A stretch of 64,000 nucleotides of DNA from a virus. The notes beneath the pieces are model-generated. The model was not told the origin of the DNA and ran no database searches. It was given only the letters and a program-made list of their open reading frames with translations. Within the stretch, counting starts at the first letter, position 1. The number at the start of each line of letters is the position of its first letter. Made by a program: the position numbers and the translations under genes. Where the stretch lies: positions 107,074 to 171,073 of the IMG/VR virus record IMGVR_UViG_3300050821_007134. One strand, 5' to 3'. Shown here one piece after another: positions 9,479 to 18,947 of the stretch.

Positions 9479-9726
9479 TGCCTATCATCGCGTACTCTTG
9501 CGAGTGCAAACACTCTGTTAAAAAGTTCTACCGGTCGGCGAAAGACTCGCCGACCGTTCTTATTTGCGATAAATGTCAAAAAGAAATGAAAAAACAGTTG
9601 TCTTCTCCCTCATCTGTGTCTAAGATAGTAGTAGACAATGGGGTTCAGGCCCGCTCGGTAGAAATCATACCGAACATTGTCGAGCTTAATCAGGAAAGAG
9701 CCTCCAAAAATTACAAGGGAGACTAA
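9478..9726 (+). CDS. FmdB-like zinc-ribbon protein
   Basis: MP..AYSCEC...CDKC...MKKQLSSPS. Confidence 0.7.
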   Translation: MPIIAYSCECKHSVKKFYRSAKDSPTVLICDKCQKEMKKQLSSPSSVSKIVVDNGVQARSVEIIPNIVELNQERASKNYKGD

Positions 9727-11883
9727 GTGTTAAAACTCAAAACTCTACGCATTCGTGCCGTAGGCCGATTCGTGGATCTCCAGACTATCAATGTTGATGC
9801 TCTAGGGAATTTCGTACAAGTAGATGGCGATAATAAAAACACTGGCGGTTCCAGCGGAGCAGCTAAAACTACCTTATTCAGGGCTCATGATTACCTTCTA
9901 GGCGTTAGTGATATCCCCTCCACGATTTTACAATCTAGACTTACAAAAGAAGGAATGCTCGTAGAAGGAGACTATGATTGGGACGGACGAGATCTCACAA
10001 TTTCTCGTGGTAAAAAAGAGGGTCTAACAATCACAGTAGACGGAGAAGTTAAATCCGGCAGTGTTAAACTCTTAGAAGAAGAACTCGATAAAATTCTAGC
10101 TGTCCCCAGAGATTTATTCAGACAGATGTTTCATAAACGACAGTTCGCCAGGGGATTCTTTTTGAGTATGACTCCCAAAGAAACCTATGAATTCCTAACA
10201 AGTTGTCTCGGATTAGAAAAAGAAAAAGCTAAAGTTGACGATCAAGAAAAAGACATTAAAAAATTCACAGAGCATAAAGAATTTTTAAATAAATCCTTAG
10301 AGATTCAAAAACAGGGCAAGAAGGCTACAGAAGATGCCCTCTTATCTTTTGGTCTCGGACCCGTAAAGGACATGCACGAAGAAGTTGTTGCGTCTCTATT
10401 GGAAAAAGTAAATTCATCAAGACAAGCCCTATCAATGGTAGAATACGGCCACAGTAAAGAACTAGAAAAATTAATAGCTACAAAGCCATCTTATAAGGCT
10501 ACGCCGTTTACTTCTGAATCATTTACTGTCGTTCCTTTCGACCGCACCACTTTAAATAAATGTGAAGCGGCAATGAAAGTCCTCGGCAATAAAATGAGTA
10601 TTGCCGTAAAAGCCGAAAATGACAGACAAGCCGAAGTAATGAAAGATATTTCTGAGGCCAAACTTAGATTGGCCGAATATTCTCAAGTCGTAGTCGATAG
10701 CGAAAAAGCTAAAATTGATGCTGCGACTAAGGCTTCACAAATCAAAACTATTCGCGATAGTTTCTGCCCGACATGCGAACAGACATGGATAAATGAAAAA
10801 GCTAAAGCAAAAGAACAGAAACTTTTAGCTGAAGTTTTGGAACTTAAAAAATTAATTATGGCCGGTTCTGAAGCTGAAAAAATAGTTACAATCATCAAAG
10901 GGAATATTGATCGCTTGGTCTTGGACTCTACTCTTAAAAAATCTCCCGAATTCTTAGAAATTGTTGCTAACCAGACCAGACTTAATCAAATGATTTCTGC
11001 CGAAATGAACAAGGAATTTGCTCATTCCGATGCCCAAAGACAAGCTCAGAGAGACCATGATTTAAAGGAATCTAGGAGAAGTCACGCCCATAACGAAGCT
11101 GAAACCAGCCAAAATCGCGCCATTATGGCGGAATACACTCAAAGAGAGAATGATCTTAGGGCCAAACACAAGAGCGAGATCCAACAGGCCGCTGGACAGC
11201 TAGATATCGATTCTAGAGCCCATATGGCAGCCGAAGAGAAGCTTAGGGCTTACAGGACTGCAAAGACCTCCTATGACGCCTCTGTAGGCCGAATGAAGAG
11301 CCAATATGATGGCTATGCAATGGCAGTCGAGGCTTTGTCCAAGGAATTGGAAAAGACAGCCAAAGATTTGATTCTGGCCGAAGAAGCCAAACGCGCCACG
11401 AAGAGCTATATTTCTCGATCATTTGATGATGCCCTGAATACAATAAGCAACAATGCTACTGAGATGATTCGGCATATTCCAGTTATGGCCAACTGTACTA
11501 TTCAATTAGAAGGTCTTAGAGAGACTAAGGATGGCAAAGTCAAAGAAGAAATTAACGCAGTCATCCATATGGATGGAGAAGAAAATATTCCAATCAAGAG
11601 TCTTTGCGGCGGCGAGGAAACTTCTTCTCATTTAGCGATTGACTTAGCGGTCATTGATCTGATAGAACAGAGGACAGCCAAAGGAATAAATATTTTTATT
11701 CTTGACGAACCCTTCACAGGGATGGATACTGTGTGTATTGAAATGGCCCTGGAAGTTTTAAAGAACTCGAACACTAACAAGAAACTGATTATCGTGGATC
11801 ACAATCCTGAAGTTAAGCAAATGGTTCAAAGTAGATTAGTAGTGGTCCGCGATGGAACCACGAGTAACGTCGTTCAAGCATAG
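9727..11883 (+). CDS. SbcC/Rad50/gp46-like ABC ATPase
   Basis: Walker A GSSGAAKTT, coiled coil with CPTC zinc hook, signature LCGGE, Walker B FILDEP, H-loop VDH. Confidence 0.9.
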   Translation: MLKLKTLRIRAVGRFVDLQTINVDALGNFVQVDGDNKNTGGSSGAAKTTLFRAHDYLLGVSDIPSTILQSRLTKEGMLVEGDYDWDGRDLTISRGKKEGLTITVDGEVKSGSVKLLEEELDKILAVPRDLFRQMFHKRQFARGFFLSMTPKETYEFLTSCLGLEKEKAKVDDQEKDIKKFTEHKEFLNKSLEIQKQGKKATEDALLSFGLGPVKDMHEEVVASLLEKVNSSRQALSMVEYGHSKELEKLIATKPSYKATPFTSESFTVVPFDRTTLNKCEAAMKVLGNKMSIAVKAENDRQAEVMKDISEAKLRLAEYSQVVVDSEKAKIDAATKASQIKTIRDSFCPTCEQTWINEKAKAKEQKLLAEVLELKKLIMAGSEAEKIVTIIKGNIDRLVLDSTLKKSPEFLEIVANQTRLNQMISAEMNKEFAHSDAQRQAQRDHDLKESRRSHAHNEAETSQNRAIMAEYTQRENDLRAKHKSEIQQAAGQLDIDSRAHMAAEEKLRAYRTAKTSYDASVGRMKSQYDGYAMAVEALSKELEKTAKDLILAEEAKRATKSYISRSFDDALNTISNNATEMIRHIPVMANCTIQLEGLRETKDGKVKEEINAVIHMDGEENIPIKSLCGGEETSSHLAIDLAVIDLIEQRTAKGINIFILDEPFTGMDTVCIEMALEVLKNSNTNKKLIIVDHNPEVKQMVQSRLVVVRDGTTSNVVQA

Positions 11884-11891
11884 GGGGAATA

Positions 11892-12125
11892 ATGACTCTA
11901 GAAGAAAAAATGCATAAATACAAAATTTATCACGAAATGACCGAAACAATTTATGAGTTAGAAGCTCACGCGAACAAATTAAAAAGAGAAAGAGACGAAC
12001 TTATTACGGCATTGGGCTTAGAATACAATATAGATTCAAACAAATTTACAGACGACAAAATACTTCAATCAGTTGTTTTTGAAGTTGGACAGACCGAACT
12101 CAAAAGGCGGTCTACAAATGTCTAA
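11892..12125 (+). CDS. Hypothetical protein
   Basis: 77-aa ORF with GGGGG RBS. Confidence 0.65.
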   Translation: MTLEEKMHKYKIYHEMTETIYELEAHANKLKRERDELITALGLEYNIDSNKFTDDKILQSVVFEVGQTELKRRSTNV

Positions 12126-12453
12126 CAAAGAACAAGTAGAACGTGACATTTCAGACTATTTGGAAAAAGAAGAAAACTTAACGGAGAACGATAAAAGAAA
12201 GTATTTACGAGCTTTATTTGAAAAACACTTTGAATTCGACAAGTTAGATCATCTGTTAAATTATCACGATTTCCATGACATCATCAGTATGGCCAAAACA
12301 AATTATAATAATGTAAAGCTTGAAATTTCAGGCAGACAGTTGTATCCTTCTGAGGTCTCGCAAGTTGCCATTATCGAAGCGGTTGCGACCCATCTCAATG
12401 CTAAAGGCATTTTAAGAAAGATTGTAAAAATCGATTATAGGAGCCGACGATGA
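12118..12453 (+). CDS. Hypothetical protein
   Basis: Start moved to ATG 12118 (MSNKEQ) after AGGCGG. Confidence 0.7.
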   Translation: MSNKEQVERDISDYLEKEENLTENDKRKYLRALFEKHFEFDKLDHLLNYHDFHDIISMAKTNYNNVKLEISGRQLYPSEVSQVAIIEAVATHLNAKGILRKIVKIDYRSRR

Positions 12454-12689
12454 AATATTTTTTGATTGGTCTAGTTTTCCTCATGGGTTGTACGGATGCA
12501 GAATTTGCCAATTTCACAAGTCTCGGTTCATCTGCACATATCACTTGCTACAGCGGAGATAAAGTTACTTATGATGGTATCTCAACTGGGAAAGTCTCTA
12601 CAGTCACCCATTCAGATGGATGGCAGTTTAAGGATTCAAAAACTGGGAAGTTCATGCGTGTAAGCGGCCCCTGCGTAATTGAGAACTAA
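12450..12689 (+). CDS. Small lipoprotein
   Basis: MKYFLIGLVFLMG-C lipobox signal peptide. Confidence 0.75.
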   Translation: MKYFLIGLVFLMGCTDAEFANFTSLGSSAHITCYSGDKVTYDGISTGKVSTVTHSDGWQFKDSKTGKFMRVSGPCVIEN

Positions 12690-12917
12690 ATGAACGTACA
12701 AGATTTAGTGAATGCTCTCTTACAATTCCCTCCTACTATGGAAGTGTATTCCGTGCGAGAGGATTTCAGTAAAACGATAGAACGGTATTCACCAATTGAA
12801 TCCGTTATGATTGGCGAGGCCGCAGTCGGCCAAGCTAAAGACGATCAAGGAAACGACAAAGCATTGTTCAAACAGGCCATTCTCATTAAGGGACTGGTCA
12901 AAAAGGAGACCAAATGA
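12690..12917 (+). CDS. Hypothetical protein
   Basis: 75-aa ORF in operon. Confidence 0.65.
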   Translation: MNVQDLVNALLQFPPTMEVYSVREDFSKTIERYSPIESVMIGEAAVGQAKDDQGNDKALFKQAILIKGLVKKETK

Positions 12918-13438
12918 TTTTACGCACATTATTATTTATACTTGGGCTATTGGCCAAAGTTTCTGGGGTTGCAAAGTATGCCAAGAGCAGATTCGATAAA
13001 AACAGAAAGCTTATCGTTTTCGTCGCTCTTTTACCTCTTCGAGATCTTACTCTAAAGATCGCATTTAGAAGCGAAAAGGAAACAGGATGGAGAACATTAA
13101 AAATTACCATTCCTGCTGTTCTTACCTCTAGAGGAACTGGGCTTGGCGTACTAGAAGATATTTTAACTGGTTATTACGGAGAATACGAAGAAGCAATCAC
13201 GGTCCTGAATGTTTCAGGATTTCGTACTCCATGGAAGAAATTCAAAGATGAGCTTGTCGGTGTTAAGTATCCCAAGCTAACATACGAAATGGCTCAATTA
13301 CTGGACGCTTTAGAAGTGGGACCTTACGGTTCTACAAAAGATAAAGTAACTGATAATTCCGCAGAAAATGACAAACTTGCGGAGCAAATAAACGCATTGA
13401 AAAATTTATTAAATAATAAGGAGGCTACCAATGGATAG
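12914..13438 (+). CDS. Hypothetical protein with hydrophobic N-terminus
   Basis: AGGAG RBS; 174 aa. Confidence 0.7.
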   Translation: MILRTLLFILGLLAKVSGVAKYAKSRFDKNRKLIVFVALLPLRDLTLKIAFRSEKETGWRTLKITIPAVLTSRGTGLGVLEDILTGYYGEYEEAITVLNVSGFRTPWKKFKDELVGVKYPKLTYEMAQLLDALEVGPYGSTKDKVTDNSAENDKLAEQINALKNLLNNKEATNG

Positions 13439-13709
13439 AGAGAAATTAGAAGACCAATTGGACAAGATCGATCCACGTTTCCGTAAGGAAGCAAATGGAT
13501 TAAGCGCCGCTGAACTTGAATCTAAGATTAACCTCTTAGCAAAAGCCAGCGAAGCCAATGATCAATTGCAAGAAGACGACGAAGACCTCGCAGGAGCTAA
13601 AGCTAAAGCTTCCGAACTTGGCCGTCCTTATCGCGAAGATCGCAAGGCCTACAAACTCAAAACAAAATACTCGATTCTTCTGCTCAAGGAAAAAACCGGC
13701 CAATCATGA
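13431..13709 (+). CDS. Hypothetical helical protein
   Basis: AGGAGG RBS; 92 aa. Confidence 0.75.
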   Translation: MDREKLEDQLDKIDPRFRKEANGLSAAELESKINLLAKASEANDQLQEDDEDLAGAKAKASELGRPYREDRKAYKLKTKYSILLLKEKTGQS

Positions 13710-14380
13710 GCGAAAGAATTCTCTCCCTTGATATTTCAACCAAAACTGGTTGGTCGCTTGCTTTAAGCGATGCAGATGGTTGTCATATTGCCCACTACGG
13801 GCAGACTGAGCCTATTCCTGAGCCAAAGGGAGAGTACCCATACAGAGTTTGGGACTGGACATACAAATGTTTCTCAGTGATAGAAAAACTCATTAAAGAA
13901 CATCACCCCGATGTATTAGTGATAGAACAGACCTCCAAAGGTAGTAAGGCTTCAAAAACGCAGAAGCTATTAGAATGGATTCATTTTCTCGTGGCCGACT
14001 ACATCATCAAGAGATCCATGAAAAATGTCTATTTACAGACCGGTGAATGGAGATCTTTAGTTGGCTCCAAAATGACCAAAGATGAAAAGACTCGAAACAA
14101 GTATGTTAAGGATTATAAGGCCAAATACTTAGCCGAACACGGACAAGAATATACAATAGGAAAAAATGGCAAGAAAAAGAAGAAAGCCATTGTTGTTTAC
14201 GATGAAGAAGGCGTTCGCATAGGTAAAGTTGGCAAGAAGAATGTAAGTGTTCGAACCGCCAATGAAATCTTTGGCCCACAACTTAAGAGGCCATTACAAA
14301 GAAAAGATGAGGATGCGGCTGAGGCTCTTTTATTGGCTTACGCGTATCATAGGAGAACCAATGCGCTTCAAAAATCTTAG
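13706..14380 (+). CDS. RuvC-like Holliday junction resolvase
   Basis: ILSLDISTKTGWS, VLVIE, EWRSLVG, DEDAAEALLLA. Confidence 0.8.
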   Translation: MSERILSLDISTKTGWSLALSDADGCHIAHYGQTEPIPEPKGEYPYRVWDWTYKCFSVIEKLIKEHHPDVLVIEQTSKGSKASKTQKLLEWIHFLVADYIIKRSMKNVYLQTGEWRSLVGSKMTKDEKTRNKYVKDYKAKYLAEHGQEYTIGKNGKKKKKAIVVYDEEGVRIGKVGKKNVSVRTANEIFGPQLKRPLQRKDEDAAEALLLAYAYHRRTNALQKS

Positions 14381-14636
14381 ACACCTAGAAGATGAAATCC
14401 TTAACAAAATATTAAAGCTTGTCCCCGTTCATCTGGACATTAATGTAGGAAGCAATATACATTATTTGGCAGAAGACATGGCTTTATTGTTAACAGAAGT
14501 TCAATCGGAATTAGAGGCTCTACGATATAAGTATAAAATAGAAGATAATGATTTACTTCCTTTAACGACTGTGTTATCAAGAGGTGAATCAATTCCCGCC
14601 CGAACCGTATTACGGGCACTTGGAGAAAAAGTATGA
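14361..14636 (+). CDS. Hypothetical protein, 91 aa
   Basis: ATG 14361 after AGGAG (track start 14247 overlaps the RuvC gene). Confidence 0.65.
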   Translation: MRFKNLRHLEDEILNKILKLVPVHLDINVGSNIHYLAEDMALLLTEVQSELEALRYKYKIEDNDLLPLTTVLSRGESIPARTVLRALGEKV

Positions 14637-15592
14637 GCGAATATTGGAATGACGAAAATGACCCAAATGCTGACGGAGACTTCCGGGACATCCCAGAAGA
14701 AACGGTAGAAAATGCCATTATTCCCCAGCCCAGTATAATGCCTCCTCCGAGGGCTCAGGCAGTTCAAGTAGTCGGCCAAGACGCTGAGTACGAAGAGGAA
14801 TATGACGAAGAGTATGACACGACCGCCGATGACGATTTACAACAAAATGAAGTGGCAGAAGAAGACGACTATTCAAACATCCTAGACGATGCTCGATTGA
14901 GACTTGAACAAGGTCGCCTTTACGAAATGGTTATGAAACATAACCCATTCGAACACCTTGATGCAGACCCTAAAGCGGTCATCGTAGTTCAAAAACAAAT
15001 CGTTAAGTTTGCAAAAGAACAAATGGAAATCATGTTGGGAATGAGACAGGCTAAACAACAAAATTTTGACTCAGTAGTCTCTTCTCCATTCAATGATTTG
15101 GAAGTTAAACTCTTAAAAGAATTCGCATCCAAAATGAGTGGCGGAAAGTCCGCCGAAGCTGGCGCAAATCAAGTCGCACAAAAGCTAACTTCAATTGGGG
15201 CTCCTAAACAACAAAGGGCTCCTGCACCAATACCGACTTCTCAGCCTCGGGCTCCTCAGCAAGCTTTACCACAAGCTCCTGGACAGCCTTTAAAACGTAA
15301 AAAGAAAGTGCCAGGCAGCATTGATCGGCTGTTAAGAGAAGGAATGAGTCCAAAAGACGTGGGATATAAACCACTTAAGAAGTCCCCAAATCAAATGACT
15401 ACGGATGAACTTCTACAAAGAAATGAAGAAGCTAAGATAAGACAGGCCTCACAGAAATCAGCCAGGCCAGCTAATGCTACTCCATTACCGACCTATGAAC
15501 AAGAAGAAGCTCTTCATGCTTCGCGGGTTAATGCGGCCAATGGAACCGTGTCTTTGATCATGAAAGCAATTGAAATGAGTAAAAAGAAATAG
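14633..15592 (+). CDS. Hypothetical protein with acidic N-terminus and Pro/Gln-rich linker
   Basis: 319-aa ORF, GGAG RBS. Confidence 0.75.
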   Translation: MSEYWNDENDPNADGDFRDIPEETVENAIIPQPSIMPPPRAQAVQVVGQDAEYEEEYDEEYDTTADDDLQQNEVAEEDDYSNILDDARLRLEQGRLYEMVMKHNPFEHLDADPKAVIVVQKQIVKFAKEQMEIMLGMRQAKQQNFDSVVSSPFNDLEVKLLKEFASKMSGGKSAEAGANQVAQKLTSIGAPKQQRAPAPIPTSQPRAPQQALPQAPGQPLKRKKKVPGSIDRLLREGMSPKDVGYKPLKKSPNQMTTDELLQRNEEAKIRQASQKSARPANATPLPTYEQEEALHASRVNAANGTVSLIMKAIEMSKKK

Positions 15593-15623
15593 TGACGATA
15601 ATTAATTTAAAAGGAGACAGAAA

Positions 15624-16382
15624 ATGTCAGAAGCAAAAGAAGCCCCAAAAGCAGCATCGGTAACACCAATTGGTGCAAAACCCAATGGAGCCGCTGCAAA
15701 GCCCGCACCCCCAAAAACCGCTGGTCAGCGATTAGACGATCTTGAAAGAGCTATGATGAGTCTTTTTCAAAATATGGATAATCTTGGTCGCGAAACTGGA
15801 ACGATCAAAGAGGCTCTTCGATTGTTAGGTAACAAAGTGGATGCATTGGCAAAAGCCAATCTTCGCGGCGAAGCCCCAACAGACGAAACTCTTAGCCAGA
15901 TCATGATCGATAACAACGTCGAAGAACTCAAAGGCAAAGTTGAAGGGCTTGTAAAAGCTCAGGTATTGGTAGCTACCGATATCGTTGGAGACACATCCTT
16001 TATCGTTGGTCGCGAGATCGCAGCAGATTCAGATAAAGTGATCAATCCTCGCCTTCAGTTCTCTCTCACAGCTTTAGCAAAAGAAGTTGGAGACAAGATC
16101 AGAGGTCATCTCGTTGGTGACATTATCACCATTCAAGAAGGCCAAGTGAGATTCGAAGTGTTGGAAGTTTACAACATTCAGACTCCTCCTCCAGCAGCTC
16201 AACCAACTGCACCTGCAACTGATGCACAAGCCGCCGCACCCGCAGCTGCTCCAGCAACAGACGCAAGTTCAACTCCCGCTGCTACGGCAACAACCGATGC
16301 TAGCGCACCAGCTGCCCCTGCTGCCGCAACACCGGCTGCACAAGATCAAACTCAGACACAGGCTGCGCCCACAGGCAACTAA
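15624..16382 (+). CDS. Coiled-coil protein with a GreA/GreB C-terminal-like (or FKBP-like) domain and an Ala/Pro/Thr-rich tail
   Basis: VEELKGKVEGLVKAQVL...VGDKIRGHLVGDIITIQEGQVRFEVLEVY; AGGAG RBS. Confidence 0.45.
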   Translation: MSEAKEAPKAASVTPIGAKPNGAAAKPAPPKTAGQRLDDLERAMMSLFQNMDNLGRETGTIKEALRLLGNKVDALAKANLRGEAPTDETLSQIMIDNNVEELKGKVEGLVKAQVLVATDIVGDTSFIVGREIAADSDKVINPRLQFSLTALAKEVGDKIRGHLVGDIITIQEGQVRFEVLEVYNIQTPPPAAQPTAPATDAQAAAPAAAPATDASSTPAATATTDASAPAAPAAATPAAQDQTQTQAAPTGN

Positions 16383-16393
16383 TCTTCTGAGTA
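16381..16393 (+). promoter_or_regulatory. AATCTT motif (AATCTTCTGAGTA), candidate phage-sigma promoter
   Basis: Same hexamer recurs on both strands of the 57080-57213 divergent gap. Confidence 0.3.
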
Positions 16394-16421
16394 TGATTAA
16401 CAATTAGGGAATGGGCTCTTT

Positions 16422-18053
16422 ATGGATGGTAAAAATCTTGGTGGCAAAGCTACGGAAAAAGAACAAGAAGCTAAAAGGCTTGCAATTCTTAAGGCTTACG
16501 TAGAACATGTAAAAGCAGGGTCGTTATTTCCGACCAAGGCCGACATGTTTGATAGCGGAATTTCAAGAGAGACGATCCGACATTGGTTCGTCAACATGGC
16601 CAAATTGAGGGCCGCCGCCAAACAAAGATTTCCCGATGAATTCCGAGGAGTTCTAGATATTGAGGATTATACATCCCCAGAATATCTTGCAAAACTTCGA
16701 AGGCTTACTGTCAAAACCAAACGATTCGTAGTTACGACTGCGATCAGCGGACAGAAGGTTCATCAGGAATTTTTAGACTCCATAGATAGTTATTGTAAAT
16801 TAAATGATGCGGAACTCCTTTTAATACCCAGTCACGATCCCGCGCATAATTTGGACAACGAAATCGAGTGGCACATGGATGATCCACTCGTTGATTATTA
16901 CTGGATTTTTCAGAAACTCGAATTTAATAGCAATATTCATATTAGTGACATTCCTGTCACAGCTAAACAGATTAACCCTACAACGGGGCTAGGACGCTTC
17001 GTACAGGGCCAAGGCAGTGCGATCTTCGGGTCACCTAAGCAAAGCCTTGAATTCATTCCAGTGTCGAATGTTAAGTATCCTCACGCTCTTATGTCTACCG
17101 GGGCTATAACAGTCTCTAATTACAAATCTAGCCGTGGAAACAGTCTTAGGACTGCATGGATTGCCGATCACGACCATAAGGTAGGAGCAATTATTCTTGA
17201 AATTCAAGATGATAAGCTCTATCATTTCAGACAGATACAGGCAGATGAAAAAGGTGGATTCTGCGACATTGGTAAATATTACCTCAAAAACAAAGTCAAA
17301 AATGTAAGATCAAAACTTGTCATCGGTGACTATCACTCAGGACAGCACTCTGAAACTGCTCAACAGGCCTGGATTGAAGTTTGTAAGGCGGCCCATGTTG
17401 ATGAGGTCATCTTACATGATCTCCATAACGGCCTTTCTACGAATCACCATGACGCGCATAAAATGGTCACTCAGGCACGAAGGGCGGCCAAAGGCCAGCT
17501 TGATGCAAAAAAAGAGCTTGGGATAACTGGTTCCGTTCTAAATCTTTGGACAAGCCTTGTAGACAAAGTCACAGTTACCAAATCCAACCATGATGAATTT
17601 CTTGAACGATGGTTAGATGAAGCTAGATTCGCAAAAGATCCCTACAACTTCCAGCTCGGATGTAAACTCGCAGATGCAATGGTTGATGAAAAGGACCCAC
17701 TAATCGTTGGTCTGGAACTCTACGGTAACCTGAAACAGCCTAAGAAAATCAACTGGTTAAAGAGAGATGAAGACTACAGAGTTTTTGGTCATGAGAACGG
17801 AGCCCATGGAGACATAGGTCCCAACGGCGCAAAGGGTTCAAAAGCAAGTTTGGAAAAATCATACGGCAGCGCCACCATTGCTCACTCACATACTGCCGGT
17901 ATTCTAAGAAACATTTTCCAAGTTGGAACCACTAGTTGGTTTGATCTGGATTACAATAGAGGCCCTTCATCCTGGATGCACTGCTCATGTCTCGAATATG
18001 AAAATGGCGGTCGCCAATTAATTAACTCTATAAACGGCGAATGGCGACTATAA
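16422..18053 (+). CDS. Large calcineurin-like metallophosphoesterase with N-terminal HTH-like region
   Basis: GDYH, HDLHNG, KSNHD, HGD, AHSH motifs; QVGT...YNRGPSSW tail typical of a large-phage family. Confidence 0.75.
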   Translation: MDGKNLGGKATEKEQEAKRLAILKAYVEHVKAGSLFPTKADMFDSGISRETIRHWFVNMAKLRAAAKQRFPDEFRGVLDIEDYTSPEYLAKLRRLTVKTKRFVVTTAISGQKVHQEFLDSIDSYCKLNDAELLLIPSHDPAHNLDNEIEWHMDDPLVDYYWIFQKLEFNSNIHISDIPVTAKQINPTTGLGRFVQGQGSAIFGSPKQSLEFIPVSNVKYPHALMSTGAITVSNYKSSRGNSLRTAWIADHDHKVGAIILEIQDDKLYHFRQIQADEKGGFCDIGKYYLKNKVKNVRSKLVIGDYHSGQHSETAQQAWIEVCKAAHVDEVILHDLHNGLSTNHHDAHKMVTQARRAAKGQLDAKKELGITGSVLNLWTSLVDKVTVTKSNHDEFLERWLDEARFAKDPYNFQLGCKLADAMVDEKDPLIVGLELYGNLKQPKKINWLKRDEDYRVFGHENGAHGDIGPNGAKGSKASLEKSYGSATIAHSHTAGILRNIFQVGTTSWFDLDYNRGPSSWMHCSCLEYENGGRQLINSINGEWRL

Positions 18054-18057
18054 TGGT

Positions 18058-18447
18058 ATGGGCAGAACAGACGAACTTGAAAAGGCCTCGACCACAATAA
18101 AGGATGCCGAGAGAAGACGGGACCAAGTCAGGCAGGAAATGTGGGATTTGGATCAGGAAATCAGGCATTTAGATAAGTTCGTTGAGATTCTGGAAGCTAA
18201 CATTAAATTTCTTAAGGATACTCGCATTATAGCGATGGCCAAAGAATTTAAGAAAGCCAGAAAAGATCTTGAAACGGCCAATACTAGAATTGAAATTTTA
18301 AAAAAAGACCGAGATGCGGCAGCTAAGGCATTGAATCATACAGAGATTTTCATTAAAAAGGCCAAAGAAAATCATGAGAAACTGTTGAGGAGTTTTAATA
18401 ACAATGTGGTGCGCGGAAACTTTGGGAGCGGAAATAATGGATCGTGA
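18058..18447 (+). CDS. Coiled-coil hypothetical protein
   Basis: 129 aa with heptad pattern. Confidence 0.7.
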   Translation: MGRTDELEKASTTIKDAERRRDQVRQEMWDLDQEIRHLDKFVEILEANIKFLKDTRIIAMAKEFKKARKDLETANTRIEILKKDRDAAAKALNHTEIFIKKAKENHEKLLRSFNNNVVRGNFGSGNNGS

Positions 18448-18652
18448 TGATGTGACTAAGCGCATCCAGGATGAAGAGGACTACATAAGGTCCCCTAAAT
18501 TCGGGAACTCGTTAACTCGCTTAAAATTAAAAAATCCGGAAGGTGTTGACGACGCCACTATTGCTAAGGTATTAATGATATCTGAAGAAGACGTGCAAAA
18601 GCTTTATGAAGAAGCCGTAGCGATGATTAAAGAAGGTATCGATGATGAGTAG
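18437..18652 (+). CDS. Small stand-alone sigma-region-4-like HTH protein, 71 aa
   Basis: GVDDATIAKVLMISEEDVQKLYEEAVAMIK resembles T..EIA..LGIS.ERVRQIE..AL.KLR; ATG 18437 after GGAG. Confidence 0.5.
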   Translation: MDRDDVTKRIQDEEDYIRSPKFGNSLTRLKLKNPEGVDDATIAKVLMISEEDVQKLYEEAVAMIKEGIDDE

Positions 18653-18947
18653 AGAAGAAAAAATAGTCGATTCATTTAGAACACTGATGAACTATTTTTT
18701 ACAATTAGAATTTCTCATTCCCGACGAAGAGCGCCAATTCTTCAGGAGAACTAAAGATCAAGTACTCCCTATTTTGGTTGCAGAAGAACAAAGACGCTGG
18801 GATTTAAGAGGGTTTGACGAAAATACTACAACTTTAATTCAAGATATGAGCGCTTTAACCGACGAACAAAGAATGGAAGTAATCGGTAATTTTTGTAGGT
18901 ATTGTGGATGCAAGAATCCCAGATGCCAATGTTGGAACGACGAATGA
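18642..18947 (+). CDS. Hypothetical protein with C-terminal Cys cluster
   Basis: FCRYCGCKNPRCQCWNDE. Confidence 0.65.
   Translation: MMSREEKIVDSFRTLMNYFLQLEFLIPDEERQFFRRTKDQVLPILVAEEQRRWDLRGFDENTTTLIQDMSALTDEQRMEVIGNFCRYCGCKNPRCQCWNDE

Noticed and set aside
12450-12689. Cor superinfection-exclusion lipoprotein
   Set aside because: Similar size and lipobox, but no recognisable Cor sequence motifs
16185-16380. Ala/Pro/Thr repeats here and at about 29270-29600 as DNA repeat elements
   Set aside because: Codons vary between units, so these are protein-level low-complexity linkers
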